From Trichodelitschia bisporula (Eukaryota), in assembly GCA_010356995.1 (NCBI GenBank), contig ML996708.1, positions 310,001 to 374,000 on the forward strand: 64,000 bases of DNA, in the 5' to 3' direction. The position numbers and the translations under genes were made by a program. Below, piece after piece: positions 25,418-37,677 of the stretch. The notes under the pieces were generated by a model that was not told where the DNA came from, ran no database searches, and was given only the letters and a program-made list of their open reading frames with translations. The number at the start of each line of letters is the position of its first letter. Position 1 is the stretch's first letter.

Positions 25418-25725
25418 TGGAGCGTTCCTGGCGGGAAAATTGTAAGCTTAACCGTATGCGGTCGTGGCGTACAGCCGCCTTTCAGCCACATCTATCACCT
25501 TAATCCAACAGCGAGTGAAGGCAAACCGCAAAGCACCTGCATCTTGCAATCACGAATTCCGCCTTTGAAGTCATCGACGCATCAAGCATCTTAACAACCC
25601 TTACCGCTGCATACGTCCAACTCGAATTCTCACTACCTTATTTGTCGCCGGCTTATCTAAGCCGCCGTGGTTGGCTCCCTGTTGGTCGCCCACTCCAGCC
25701 ATATCAAAGCGCGCCTCGATCAACT

Positions 25726-28051
25726 ATGGCGGGCCCGAAAATCGCATCAGCCGTGAATGCAACTGCATGCCTCTCGGCATTGCTAGCGCGCGCTAGACAG
25801 TTGAAGCAGAGCAGCTCGATAGACCCGCCCCTGCCTGCATCTGAGTTCCAGGGCGCCCTCGGGCTTCCGTCGACCTCACCGACGCATTTCACCGCTGTTG
25901 ATGTAGCTGCTCGGCAGATGTTCCAGGATCTTGTGGTATGCCCAATATCTGTTTCCACTTTGTACTGGTGTGGCTGAAATTTGTGGATAGTCTTCGAGAA
26001 CTATTGATGACCCCGCATTCGTCGACATATGGAGTCTCCTTGACATTATCCTAATTTGCGGCGATCAAGGTAGCACCCCTATGAGTAACCAGGACATTGT
26101 ACTCTATTAACGCATATGCAGACCAATGTGAGCCAGCACTTGTCTGGTGGCTAATAGAGGAGCTACTGGATAGCCAAAGCATAGAGGGCTGCCGAATCGT
26201 CTTTGACTATCTCGAGTCTCGCCGTGAGCGGCTCATCGCGGTAAGCCAAACGCCTGTTGTATATTGCACGACTATACTAATAGTCCCTAGAAAAACTTTC
26301 AGAAAAAAAAGGATCTGGTCATTCTCCGATCCTGCAATGAACTGCTACGCCGCCTCTCGCGTGCTGAAGATTCTGTCTTCTGCGGACGCGTATTCATATT
26401 TCTTTTCCAAAGCTTCCCGCTGGGTGATCGAAGCTCCGTAAATCTTCGCGGAGAGTTCCACGTCGAAAATGTCACAGCATTCGATGAGACGCTTCAACCG
26501 GCTGTCGACGCTACGCAGGACATCGTTCTTCCCGATGCCAAGCCGGATTCCCAGCCACCGGAGATCCAGGTAACCGCCGAACCTGAAGTACTGGACGAGG
26601 ACCGCCTGTACCCTATCTTCTGGACGCTGCAGAAGGTGTTCTCCAATCCGCCGTTCCTTCTTACGCCAGATCACTTCGCCGAATTCAAGCGTGGTCTTGA
26701 AGCGACGCTGGTCAAATTCCGCCATGTCCCAAAGGTCATCCAGCCAATCGCTTCGGAGGCAAGGCGGGGCATCAAGCGAAAAGCTGAGGATATGAACCAA
26801 CAGTACGAGCTCGCTAGCGCCTTCAACCCAAAGTATCTGACGAACCGTGACTTGTTCAAACTAGAGGCACGTATCAGGTGGTGGAAGACATACAGGCGCT
26901 AACTGGGTGCAGCTGAGCGACCTCGCCTTTCAACGTCACATCCTTGTGCAGGCGCTTATCCTATTGGACTTCCTGCTCTCTCTTACGGACAAGGCCAAGA
27001 AGCGCATGGGAGAGGTGCCAACCCAGAAAGCGCTACAGTACGACTTCACCTTGAGTGATGAGGATGTAAGCCTCCTGCAGGACGCCCTATGTACCCACAC
27101 TGACTTTACACAGACCGAATGGTGCCAGAAGACAAAGAAGTCGATAGGAGATTACCTGGATGAGGGCCCTGATGGCAAGTTTTACCACCGCATGGTCGAC
27201 ACTGTCCTCTCTCGAGACAAGAACTGGGTGCGATGGAAACTGGAGAGTTGTGCGCCCATCTCCAAAGCATCCCTACCTCCCAAGGAGTTTGCAGACGCGA
27301 AAGAAGGAGCAAGGACTGCATGTTCAGTGAAACGGCTGCGTTCGACGCCCATGCGCTCTTTGGACTTGAGCTTTCTCTCCGACACTGACGGGAGCCGTGG
27401 ATGGGAAAGCCTGAAAGAATCCGCGAGGTTAGTGCATAAGCTATTGTCCCTTGCCGCATTGTTCCTAGTGGAGCGGAGAGCAGAGAGCGGCACTCGCTCT
27501 CAGGCCTACCCCCGGCACTCTTCTTGAGACGGGCACGTGGGAGCAACAAAGCCTCACCTCTCTGCCTGATCGGGATCCAGCGGCAAAACTGGACGTTTGG
27601 GACGCTTGAAACTTGCTAACTTCGTACCAGGACTGTTGTCCCTTCAGGACCGGTTCTTGTGAAAAAAGTTCAGGCCACAGAGCTGGACATCGACTTTGCC
27701 TCCAGTGACGCGGAGCGCCAATCGCTGACGGCATCCAAGACGGCGAATACCTGGCGTGTGCTACGGCTCGCGGCTGCCTCCCAGCTGAGCCTGCTCGACA
27801 AGGTAGATGATGGAAGGAACCTGGGGTGCCTGTTCCAGGCGAAGGTGGCGAGTGCCGCTGGTACTAGTGGGGAGAGCGGGCGGAGCGGCGGACGTGCGGC
27901 CGAGAGTGGAGGGGCTGGCGAGCTCGAGGGCAAGGATGGCTCGTCTTGGAGAGACGGTCGTGGCGAGGGAGAGGGAGGGCTGGAAGGAGTGGGAACCGGC
28001 GGTAGTGGTGGTGGCCTTGTCCAGGAGGTTGTGATGGGCGAGGCGTCCTGA
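25726..28051 (+). CDS. HPR1: THO complex subunit 1 (Hpr1/THOC1), 7 exons
   Basis: Signature LRSCNELLRRLSRAEDSVFCGRVFIFFFQSFPLGDRSSVNLRGEFHVEN, plus LYPIFWTLQ, FNPKYLT, FQRHILVQALI, NWVRWK. Introns 25936-25990, 26070-26121, 26241-26290, 26867-26912 (GC-AG), 27066-27113, 27428-27630. Confidence 0.9.
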
Positions 28052-31000
28052 ATCCTGACGGCAGACCTCCAACTTCGCCTCCTCCCTGCTTCTCGCACGA
28101 ACTGGTGGAGGCTTTGCTTCTCGATCGCGATGGATGAGATGGCAGGGTGACGGGTGAGAGCAGCGAGCGTTTGAGGCCTGACGGCGGATCGGGATGCTCC
28201 GATGGGAGGTGTGGCAGGCGCAACAGACAAATTAAATGGGGCTGGTTGAGCAGCGGCAGTCGGTCCAATTGGACCCGTCCGCACGAATGGAACTCGACCC
28301 GTGGACTACGATGGTGACGACGGCCTACCGCATTCGCCATGCCTGTCTTGTGGTCGATGAAGGATGGAAGAATCAAAGACGTTCCATCGGAGTGGTAGCG
28401 GGCTTTCCTGGACACTGCATATCCCGTGCAGCATGATGCGCTTTGGAGGCATTGAGTTCCTGCGTACGTACCTGCCGCTCTTGCTTTGAGCTGCTTTGCT
28501 GAATGTCTCCGCAGCTCAGGCGTGGGTGCGCCAAAATCAGTGCTGTATACTGTAAACACGAGGCTGTCCGGTCGCTCCTCAGCCGGTGCTTTCATTCGCT
28601 GCACAACGCATTATGCATAACTACATTGAATATACCTCCTGTTCGTACCTCCGTGGAGCCCGTGGACTGGTCGGTGTCAACGGCAACGAAATGCCGGCAG
28701 TTCAGTTTCGGGACAAGACGTATGTCGGCTCACGTATGGCTGTGGCAGGCTTGGTATCCGGCAAGATATGCGTAGGCTAGGTCAGCAGCTTGCAGGCCAT
28801 CCGCCGCTGCGGCCTAGCACTGGCGTGTTTTTTTCCGCTTCCGGAGCCATCTGTTGGTCGTCAGGCTGGGAGCGCCACGATCATGTGTGCCATCATCCCA
28901 GTAAGGCAATCAGATTCACGCGAAGCCAACACGGGCTTGGGCCAACAAGGGGTCGATGTTACGTGCATACGCACCCTGCATAGCAGGGTAGACCTAGGCG
29001 ATGAGATAGCGAAGGGCTGGGGGGTGCTGGTAAGCATGGGGCGGGATTATCTGGGTCCGTTATGGCTGGTGGAAGGAAGAGGGCTTATGATGCTATTGTT
29101 GCTGCGGGTACCTCGCAGAGGGCGGAGTGGTTCGGTCGGAATGGGAAAAATGCGGGTGCAATATTCCGTATTTGGAACAGCAAGACGTTCGTCATGAGGT
29201 CAGTGATGTCGACGACATCCGCAGCGACTTTTCGGGCGCTCTTCGGCATGCACACACACGGAAGACTGGTGGGCCACGCCATGGCTCATCGCGATGCATA
29301 CTGCGATCCGATTAGCGCGTCTGGGAGGGGATCGTGATGGGGGGCGTGGATGAGATGCGATACGATACGATGGCGGTAGGTCGCTTGTGCCCCTCAGGCC
29401 TTGCGCAAGATGGGTGCAGTGGACATGAGTCGTGAGAGCTTCTGCACATCCTTCTACCCAATACTAGGGGGGGGGTAGGATTGAGGATGGTGTTGTGCAG
29501 ATGAGCACTGGCAGGAAGGGAAAGCTGAAGCTTCCATTCCAAGGGCTTGCAGGCTTCCATCGCTCCAACCCCTCCGACGCCGAACGCCGACGCCTATCCT
29601 TCCTCCCCTCCCCTTCGCCATCCCCGACCCATGACAACCAAAACAAACTGGAAGTGGCATTTTGCCGCGGCTTATGACGCTGGCTTGCAAGGCTTGTCGC
29701 TTCTGCACGCTGCAGGCGACGTTCACGGAACTGCTGCAAACAGCTAGAGTGCTTTCTCGCTCTGTAGGCCTACTGACGGCATCGGCTGCAGGGCCACCGA
29801 AGAAGGCTTCAAGTTATACGATGCACGCGCTACTGATGCGCCTAGACACGGCCGCATGCTTCCTTGCAGGTTCCATCAATTGTTCCCTCTTCAGGCTGAG
29901 GTGAGGTACGTATCGATTGTCGACGTTTCGTCTCTGCCACTGAGGCGTTGGAGGAGGCGGCAAGCCAAAACACGCCCTAACCACTCAAGCGGGTGCCGTC
30001 GCTGGGCTTGTCTGCCAGGCGGGAGAGGCGCGAGTTGCGCAACGCTCTGCTCACTACACCATCCGAGGATCGTCCTGCGAACATCTTCGCCGCATTGGTG
30101 GCACGTCTTCTGTCCAGCTGCTTGTTGCTCCGTCTCCCCTCCCCTTCCTCAACCCCCACCCATCCTACCAGCCCAAGCGACCGGCTGAACCGTTGACACC
30201 TCATCCTCTCCCCGCCGTATGCGCTAAGCCTCTTGCTGAGCTGAGCTGCACGTACTCCACGCAGCCCAAGCATACACGCACATACACCTCCGCTCCGCTC
30301 TTAGCCTCCTACCCCTAAGCTTCGCCCGTCTTTTGCTCCGCGCTGGTCTGGTGGGGGCTTGCTGCTGCAAGGCGGCTGGTCTCAATCCCTACACCCTCCC
30401 CTCCCCTTCCTCACCACCTAGCGCCACCACTGCTACCACACACACACACCCCACCACAGCCTTGTACGGGCGATTATTTTCCTCCCGTGGGTCAGACTAC
30501 CTGCTTGAACGAGCTGGCCGAGATTGCAGGTGAGGACGAGACGGCCAATCTTTCCATCTATTATCCTTGCGCGCATCAAACCCCGGACCGACTTGCCATT
30601 CGACGGTGCCTGGATACTTCATCTACTCGAATTGCACGCAATATACTCCATGTACGGCAGTACCTGTTGCCCCAATATCTCGCCGTTCTGAACACCGAGT
30701 TAAGCAGCGAAGAGTTGCGCGCGGCTGCAATATGGCAATATGCCAGCGACGGCGCTTGCCCCAGGATTTGGGGTCACTGCTCGCAGCTGTCGGCCACGCG
30801 AAACCATCAGCGTCTCCGCCTTTGCGTTCCACGTCTTGGGCCCGTGGCTTTTGCTCCCGCACCCGCTCAGATCTTTTTTGTGCCTTGGGATCAACTCCCT
30901 CACACTCGATTTGGGGCTTGTTCGCACTCATCCCAGTTCTCAGCCCCGGTATCTTCCCTCGAACAAGCGCTCGGAGGAACTGATGCTTGACCGTCTTACC

Positions 31001-31744
31001 CCTGGTTCCCACCCACCCCTAGTCTCTACGCAACAGTCCACACCTCACTTAGCTCTCCTCCTACATGCCGCGGCTTCTTCTCACGATGCGCGCTGAGCCC
31101 TGCTACGCCCATTTTGCCATTCCTGGCGTAGCATCTTTCCCCTCATGGGCGCAACACCCCGGACAGCCCCAAAACGAGCGTGCGCGAGATCGGAACCCAA
31201 CCTGATCCCCACTTGATCTTGCAGCGGCAGTGAGTCTAGGCACTCAGGCAGCCAGTATGCGCTAGGAAGAGCGTTTTGTCGTTTCGCTTCAGATGCTTTG
31301 CAGTGCTTCCTTCCCTTAGAGCCTCAACGCCGGACTGGATCGTGGCCCCAGCCTTTCATGCCATATGCCATGTGTCTCGTATCCTCAGACTTTCAGTCTT
31401 CTTCTGCTCTACTGGCTCTGGATGGCTGAACACCTGGAAGTCATTCCGGAGCGGGCCGGACAAACTAGCTTTCTTTCTACCGTCATGAGGATGGAGGTGT
31501 TGGCGAGCTCGAGGCTATGATTTGGAGTCCTTGCATTCGGATTGGCTGATGACGAGAGCAAGCATTCCTGGCAAGCCTGCAGATGGGCCGGGAAAACAAG
31601 CGGCAACCTATCACCATCTCCCGCGGGTTTTCTTCTAGAAGCCTTCGTTCCACGAGCGAAGGATGTCGCAGGCCTGTAAGCCCAGCAGGAACGACGTAGA
31701 AACTCGCATGGACACCTCCGTTCAGCCAGTCCAGGGCTAGCTCC

Positions 31745-31762
31745 CACACACACACACACACA
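31745..31762. repeat. (CA)n microsatellite followed by C-tracts
   Basis: cacacacacacacacaca, then ctccccc / ccccca repeats to about 31800. Confidence 0.8.
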
Positions 31763-32740
31763 CTCCCCCCTCATCGTGCACTCCCCCACCCCCACCCCCG
31801 CCACATCGACACACACCGATGTACTGAGGATGAGGGGGTGAGGACGCGCGCGTGCATTTCACCCACACCTTGGCGGGGTTGGGTGGGCGGTGCGGCTAGT
31901 GTCCTTGTCCCATCGGGCAGTCGAGGCGGAACGGGAATTCGAAACGGCCATCATTCATCTATACAAGATATCCCAAGCGGGTAACGGAAAGGACGCGCTG
32001 AAGCCAGGAACAGTCAAGCGTCTCAGCGATTGACAGCTTGGCGAAGTCGCGAGGCCCTAGGGCAAGGAAATGCTGGCACAACCCCCGATGCCCGTGGCTC
32101 AGACAGGGCTACGTTTGCGTCGTAGTCCGTTCTGATGTCCGTGAGCACCACCTCCGTCAAGTGTTCGTCCCTCATCCTGCCACCGCCCCCCAAGCTGCTG
32201 GACCTTTTTCCAGCACTTCCCCGGCCCTAGCTCCTCTTCAGCTTCGAGTACAGGCATTTGCCTGTCATCGTGCCGCCGCCCTCCAAAACCCCGCAACGGA
32301 CGTTTACCGAGACTTGCTCAGGCGTACTCCAACCCTGCCGGCCTGAGCTCGCCCCAAGCGTGCCATCTTTCTCTCACCCATTACGCATCCACGTAGTCGA
32401 AGCAAAGCCAGCATGGGGGGCAATGGGCAATGGGCAATGGACGTCAATGGAGGGTCCCACGGCCGTCAGGCGGGCGCCCCCAGAATGGCATCGTAATGGC
32501 ATCGTCGTCGGGTTGAGCAGCCCCTTGCCTCTCTCCCCGCGTCCTTCCCTCTCTTCATCAATTTCCCCAGCCTCGTCCACACGTCCACACTCGGGCCCAT
32601 TCCTTTCCAGACCGGCCGGTTCGGTACGTTTGCCAAGCTCGCCTTTTCATTCGTGGTCGACCTGCTTGTCTCGTCGGTCAAGACTTCCTGCCGTCCAAAC
32701 ACCCGTCCCACGGCCCAACTCGCTACCCACCCTCCACCCC

Positions 32741-32837
32741 NNNNNNNNNNNNNNNNNNNNNNNNNNNNNNNNNNNNNNNNNNNNNNNNNNNNNNNNNNNN
32801 NNNNNNNNNNNNNNNNNNNNNNNNNNNNNNNNNNNNN
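32741..32837. other. Assembly gap (97 N)
   Basis: Run of N flanked on both sides by C-rich sequence. Confidence 0.99.
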
Positions 32838-33630
32838 CCCCGTACGTCCGTCCGCTTACCCCATGGTCCACCCTTAGGGCTTGCATCCCGAGGCATCGAT
32901 CCCCTGCACCTGCATCTCGACCGTTTGTGCATTGAGAAACGGGAGGCGTCACGTTCGGCAGCATGCAACAAGTCCATCCTGATCCCCGATTGATAGGAAC
33001 GCCTTTAAGCTCGAGCAAGCCTGAGCTGGTGGTCCGATGCCCTCGACCCGCTCTCTACATCAATCCATCATTTAACCGGATCGGCATTTATATCTGGCAT
33101 CGAGCCGCACTGTATGTCTGATTGATTTGTCCTCTCGTTCCCTGCCAACGTTCACTAACTTGCCTCGAGTCTGTACTGGATCATAATCACGTTGCCTGGT
33201 TGCCGTCAACCTCACCTCCTAGCAACATACTGTCCCTCTGTGTTGGACACTACGTCCGGTAGTTCTTCGGCGGAGGTTTAGCAACTCTTTCTCCTTCAGT
33301 GCTATCTGCTGGGAATTCGCCGGTTCTGTGCCCTAGCATCACACTTTGGCATACAGATACGCGGAAGGAAATCCATTCCTTGGTGAGTTGATAATTTTAT
33401 CACCAGTTGAACAGCTTCTAACCGTCCCAGAAAGTTTCTCTCCACTCCTTGAGAGAGCTGTTGTGAGCTTGTCAAATTTGACATTCCCCGGTTGCAAAAT
33501 CGCAAGGCTCCGTTTTGGTCACTTTTTGAAACCGTGAGTTTTGGCCTGCAGCATTGGTCCCGAGTATATATCTGACAGCCCCCACCAGATCAATCATTCA
33601 ACCTCCGCCAACCAAATTTCAACCGCCAAT

Positions 33631-35467
33631 ATGGTCGACGGAAATCCTTTCAATATTCCCCTCTCTCCCCCAACCTCTCCCCGCATGAACCCGTACCACC
33701 ACTCAGAGGTCGAGTCATCATGGCAACAACAGCAGCCCAAGGTCATCGAGACGACGCCCGACTCGTCCGATGGACACATGGGCCTCTCCCATGGCGACTC
33801 TCCCGATCTGATGGAGAAGCCGATGCTACACTCGCACAAGAGCTATCCTTACCCCCTTCAGACCTCCAGCAACTCCATGCAGCAGCCCAACACGCCTCCT
33901 CTCAACAGCTCTGGTGGCTCGCCCAATACGGCGGCCCCAGAGGGCCTTGGGATCACTGGTCTCACCGATGTTGGCAATGACATGCCATCTGTTTCCTTTG
34001 GCAACTCGGCACCCACCAGCCCAATGTCCCACATGACTCCTACCTCCCCCAGGGACGGAGACGAGCATCAGGACCTTAATGGGCTCAACATCCACATGGA
34101 CGATGTCAAGGAGAAGGATGACAAGCCCATGACAGCTGCTGAAATTCGCGCCCAGAAGCGGAAGATGAAGCGCTTCCGGTAATTATCTCGTTCACACCGA
34201 AAGCGCGCAAAACTGACGATACTTTCAGCCTCACCCACAACCAGACGAGGTTTCTGATGAGCGAGTTCGCGCGCCAAGCGCATCCTGATGCAGCGCATCG
34301 TGAACGCCTTGCGCGTGAGATCCCTGGCCTTAGCCCACGTCAGGTGCAGGTTTGGTTTCAGAATAGGTGTGTTTTACCTTTACAAACCACAGGTTACAAG
34401 AGACTCTTAATGCTAACGCATATTGTAGGCGTGCGAAGTTGAAGCGTCTTACTAGCGACGACCGCGAGCGGATGATGAAGTCGCGCGAACTTCCCCCCGA
34501 CTTTGACATGACTCAGGCCCTGCACTCGCCCTTTGGGCAACCGCATGGTATGGGTAGCACACTAAGCTCGCCCAGCTCCTACAGCCCAGCCTTCTCAGAG
34601 GGTAACATGATCCGCCCACTGAACATCGACTCGCTTCGGAGAGTTCCGGATAATTCGCACATGTCTCCCACCAACATTGCGCCTTCCTTTGGCGGGTACA
34701 ACTTTACTCCTCCTCAGTCTGTCACGGACACCCTCTCCCCGGTCTCTCCTGCTGGTGACAGCCCTTTTAATTACTCCCCCACCCTCGACCAATCTCCCCG
34801 GCGGAGCAACCCCTTCGCGACATCGCCTTCCAACTTCACGTCGCACCCCTCGATCCCCCGCCTGCGCATGCAGGATGGGGTTACGCGGTCCCGCGGCGAC
34901 TCTCTCTCCTCCCCCCTGCGCACGAGCATGTCATACTCGGGCCCCAGCGACATGAACATCTCCTCTCCGACCCTCAGCGGCGGGCCCCTCAGCGGCGATA
35001 ACAACGGGCAAAACGGGATGCTTCCCTATGGTCTTGGCTACTCCTGTAATATGCCCACATCGCACGCCCTCTACCCCCCACTCAACTGACCCTTTCAAGA
35101 TTCAAGCACTATGCCGGGCTACCCCGCCACCGCCAACTCGCGCATGCGCTCCTACTCCAACAACGGCATGCCGCGCCGCATGGACATGAGCAACACCAGC
35201 TACTCGCCCAGCCGCTCCTCCGCCCCGCAGACCACCTCACCCTTCTCCACCTACTCCGGCTCGCCGCTGCACACACCCAACTCATTCTCCATGATGAGCG
35301 CTCCGCAGCACGTCACCAGCTTCCCGAGCTCCTACATGCGCCAGGACGGCGGCTCGTCGGAGCCCTTCCCCAGCGTGGGCGAGCTGGTGAACGACGATAA
35401 TGGGTCGCAGCACGGGGACAACGGGGACAACCATGACAACGGCATGCCCTCGCTCTCCTCATTCTAA
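33631..35467 (+). CDS. Homeobox transcription factor, 4 coding exons
   Basis: Introns 34179-34228, 34367-34428 and 35046-35099 give homeodomain KRKMKRFRLTHNQTRFLMSEFARQAHPDAAHRERLAREIPGLSPRQVQVWFQNRRAKLKR, flanked by Ser/Pro-rich regions. Confidence 0.92.
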
Positions 35468-37677
35468 TGCTTTGTAACATGACAAAAACTACGGGACCAA
35501 TGAACACCTAAAAAAAAAAGTTGGGTTACGAAATCTACGGCGTTAATTCATTTCATGCGGACGGAAACTTTGTGGATGATATCCCCCCCCTTTGTGGTTG
35601 TACAACTGATACTGATGAATCACAATTGGCTTTTTGGTTATGCGACTTTTCCTTTGGAACCTTACTGCTCTGGCGGAATCAGATCTGCCATCTCCCATTG
35701 CTCATCTCTCTATCTCTCTCGCTGTTATCCCCATCTCACTGACCCCACCGCCGCCGCCACGAATTGTAATATATATCTGTTTTTGTACTCCGCGCGGCAG
35801 CATCACCACATCACACACCCCAGTTCCCTTATCAAACTCTATATCCTCTTCACGAGCCTCACGTGGAATGGTATTGGCAGGAAACAGCGAATCTCGCTAC
35901 CGGTGGGGAGGTTTGGCTTTTTAAAAAGGGAAGGGGAAGAATATTCCACAGGCTGCGTCATCGGCGCGGATTGCATGGAAGGGCATCCGCCGTCCGATTT
36001 GGTATTTTGTAGCCTAGTAAGCGCTTTGCACGCTGTTTTTCAACGAAAATAAAAATCGAGAATAACACCACCGTGCCTTCCATCCATTTGCCTTGTGCAT
36101 CGCATCCCAGAGCATCGCATCCTCCCCTCCTCACCCGCTTCGTCCTCCCAGCCCCCACGTCGATCCACGCCGCGAACACCTCCGCCCCCATTTCCCCGGA
36201 ATCCCTCCTTGGAACCCCGCAGCCCTACATACACGCCGCAGCATAAAAATACATGCGTTTCACCCCAACCCGCCGCACCATTGGGCATCTGTTTCTCCCT
36301 TCCCCGGCGACGCACCCCCCCCCCCCCCGGCGACGCACCCGACACGCTGATCGGGCGCTTGGCGCAAGGTGGGGGTTTCGGTGGGGTTGGAAGTTGAGCG
36401 TGGAAGCGCGAGCAAGACGGTGAGGGAAGGCTCGATGGGAGCGAAGTGAGCAATAGCAGAGTTGATATCAAAGGTATAGAAGAGCTGATATCAAAGGTAT
36501 ATCCGGAGTCGATATCACGTGCCCCCAGCCTCGCGCCAACATGCACTTTACACCAAACTCCCAGCCTCGCAGCATCACGCCGCATCACGCCCAGCCGCGC
36601 GGCGTAGTACGCAGTTCGCAAAAGGCAACCTTCCAGAACGGCGCACGGCACAAAGGCGGCAACCTTCCAGAACCGCACGGCCTCGGGGCCTGATCCCCAC
36701 CCCTCGCCGCGCATCGCCGCGCATCACATCGCAGCTGTTGCTGATCCCGCAGATGCGCGACCCGGGGAGCCTGGTGTGCGGGTACGGGGTTGAGGGGTTG
36801 AGGAGGTGTGGGAGGTGCGGACGCTGCGGACGGGGACAGGGAGGTGATGGCTGCATGGGGGCGAGTCAGTGGCTGCCCAGGAGGAGGGGAAGGAGCGGTT
36901 GGCTGCAGGATCGTGGCCGGGTGCTAGTGGGGGACTTGGCTGGTTGTGTTGGGGGTTTGGGATCTTGTGGCTTTGATGTTTGGAGGGTGCGAGGAGTGTG
37001 TTACCTGTGCCGTGCTGGTATGGAGAGGGTGGGAGGTGGTGGGGGCTGGGACGAGGCGGGGCGTGGAATGTTCTGCGCCTTCCATTCCGGCTTCCATACG
37101 CCTTCCATTTCCGCCTTCTACGCGCCTTCTCTTTGCAGCCAGTGGCGTGTGTGATGTGGTCGCCGTGCCCGGGCCGTCGTTGGCTGGGAGCGATCGTCTT
37201 CGTGTGGCTGGGCGGGACCGCATGCGGTGGCATCCCTGCTGCGATCCCGGTCGGGATGCCGATGGGAGTGTTCACTGGACCGGTGGGTGTTGTTGACGTC
37301 AAGGAAGAGGCACTGGAGATACCGATACATGCTATTTGGGTAATGTAGTTCAGCCTGTCATATAGTTTAGATTGCACGTCGTTCGACCCCAGCCGTGCGT
37401 CCAAGGCCGCTGGTGCAGATCGCGGAATCCCGGTCTCAAGGCGAGATTGGATATCACGACTTCAAATTGCGCTGCCAGGCATGCTCGTTGTCGTGCAGGC
37501 CGAATTCAAGGCCGGAATGATGGCATGGTGGATCCAGCCTCGCCGACTTCATATCCGAACCTCACACCCCCGCCTGCGGTTCCTATTCGTTGAACTTCCC
37601 TACCTTTGGCGAGATATCGCAACATCTATACCTCCGTGGCCCTCCTCGCCAGGCTTCCAGAAGTACTCGTTGAAGGC

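Noticed and set aside
37374..37405. GTTCGA followed by ...CCA, resembling a tRNA 3' end
   Set aside because: No T-stem pairing, A-box or cloverleaf.
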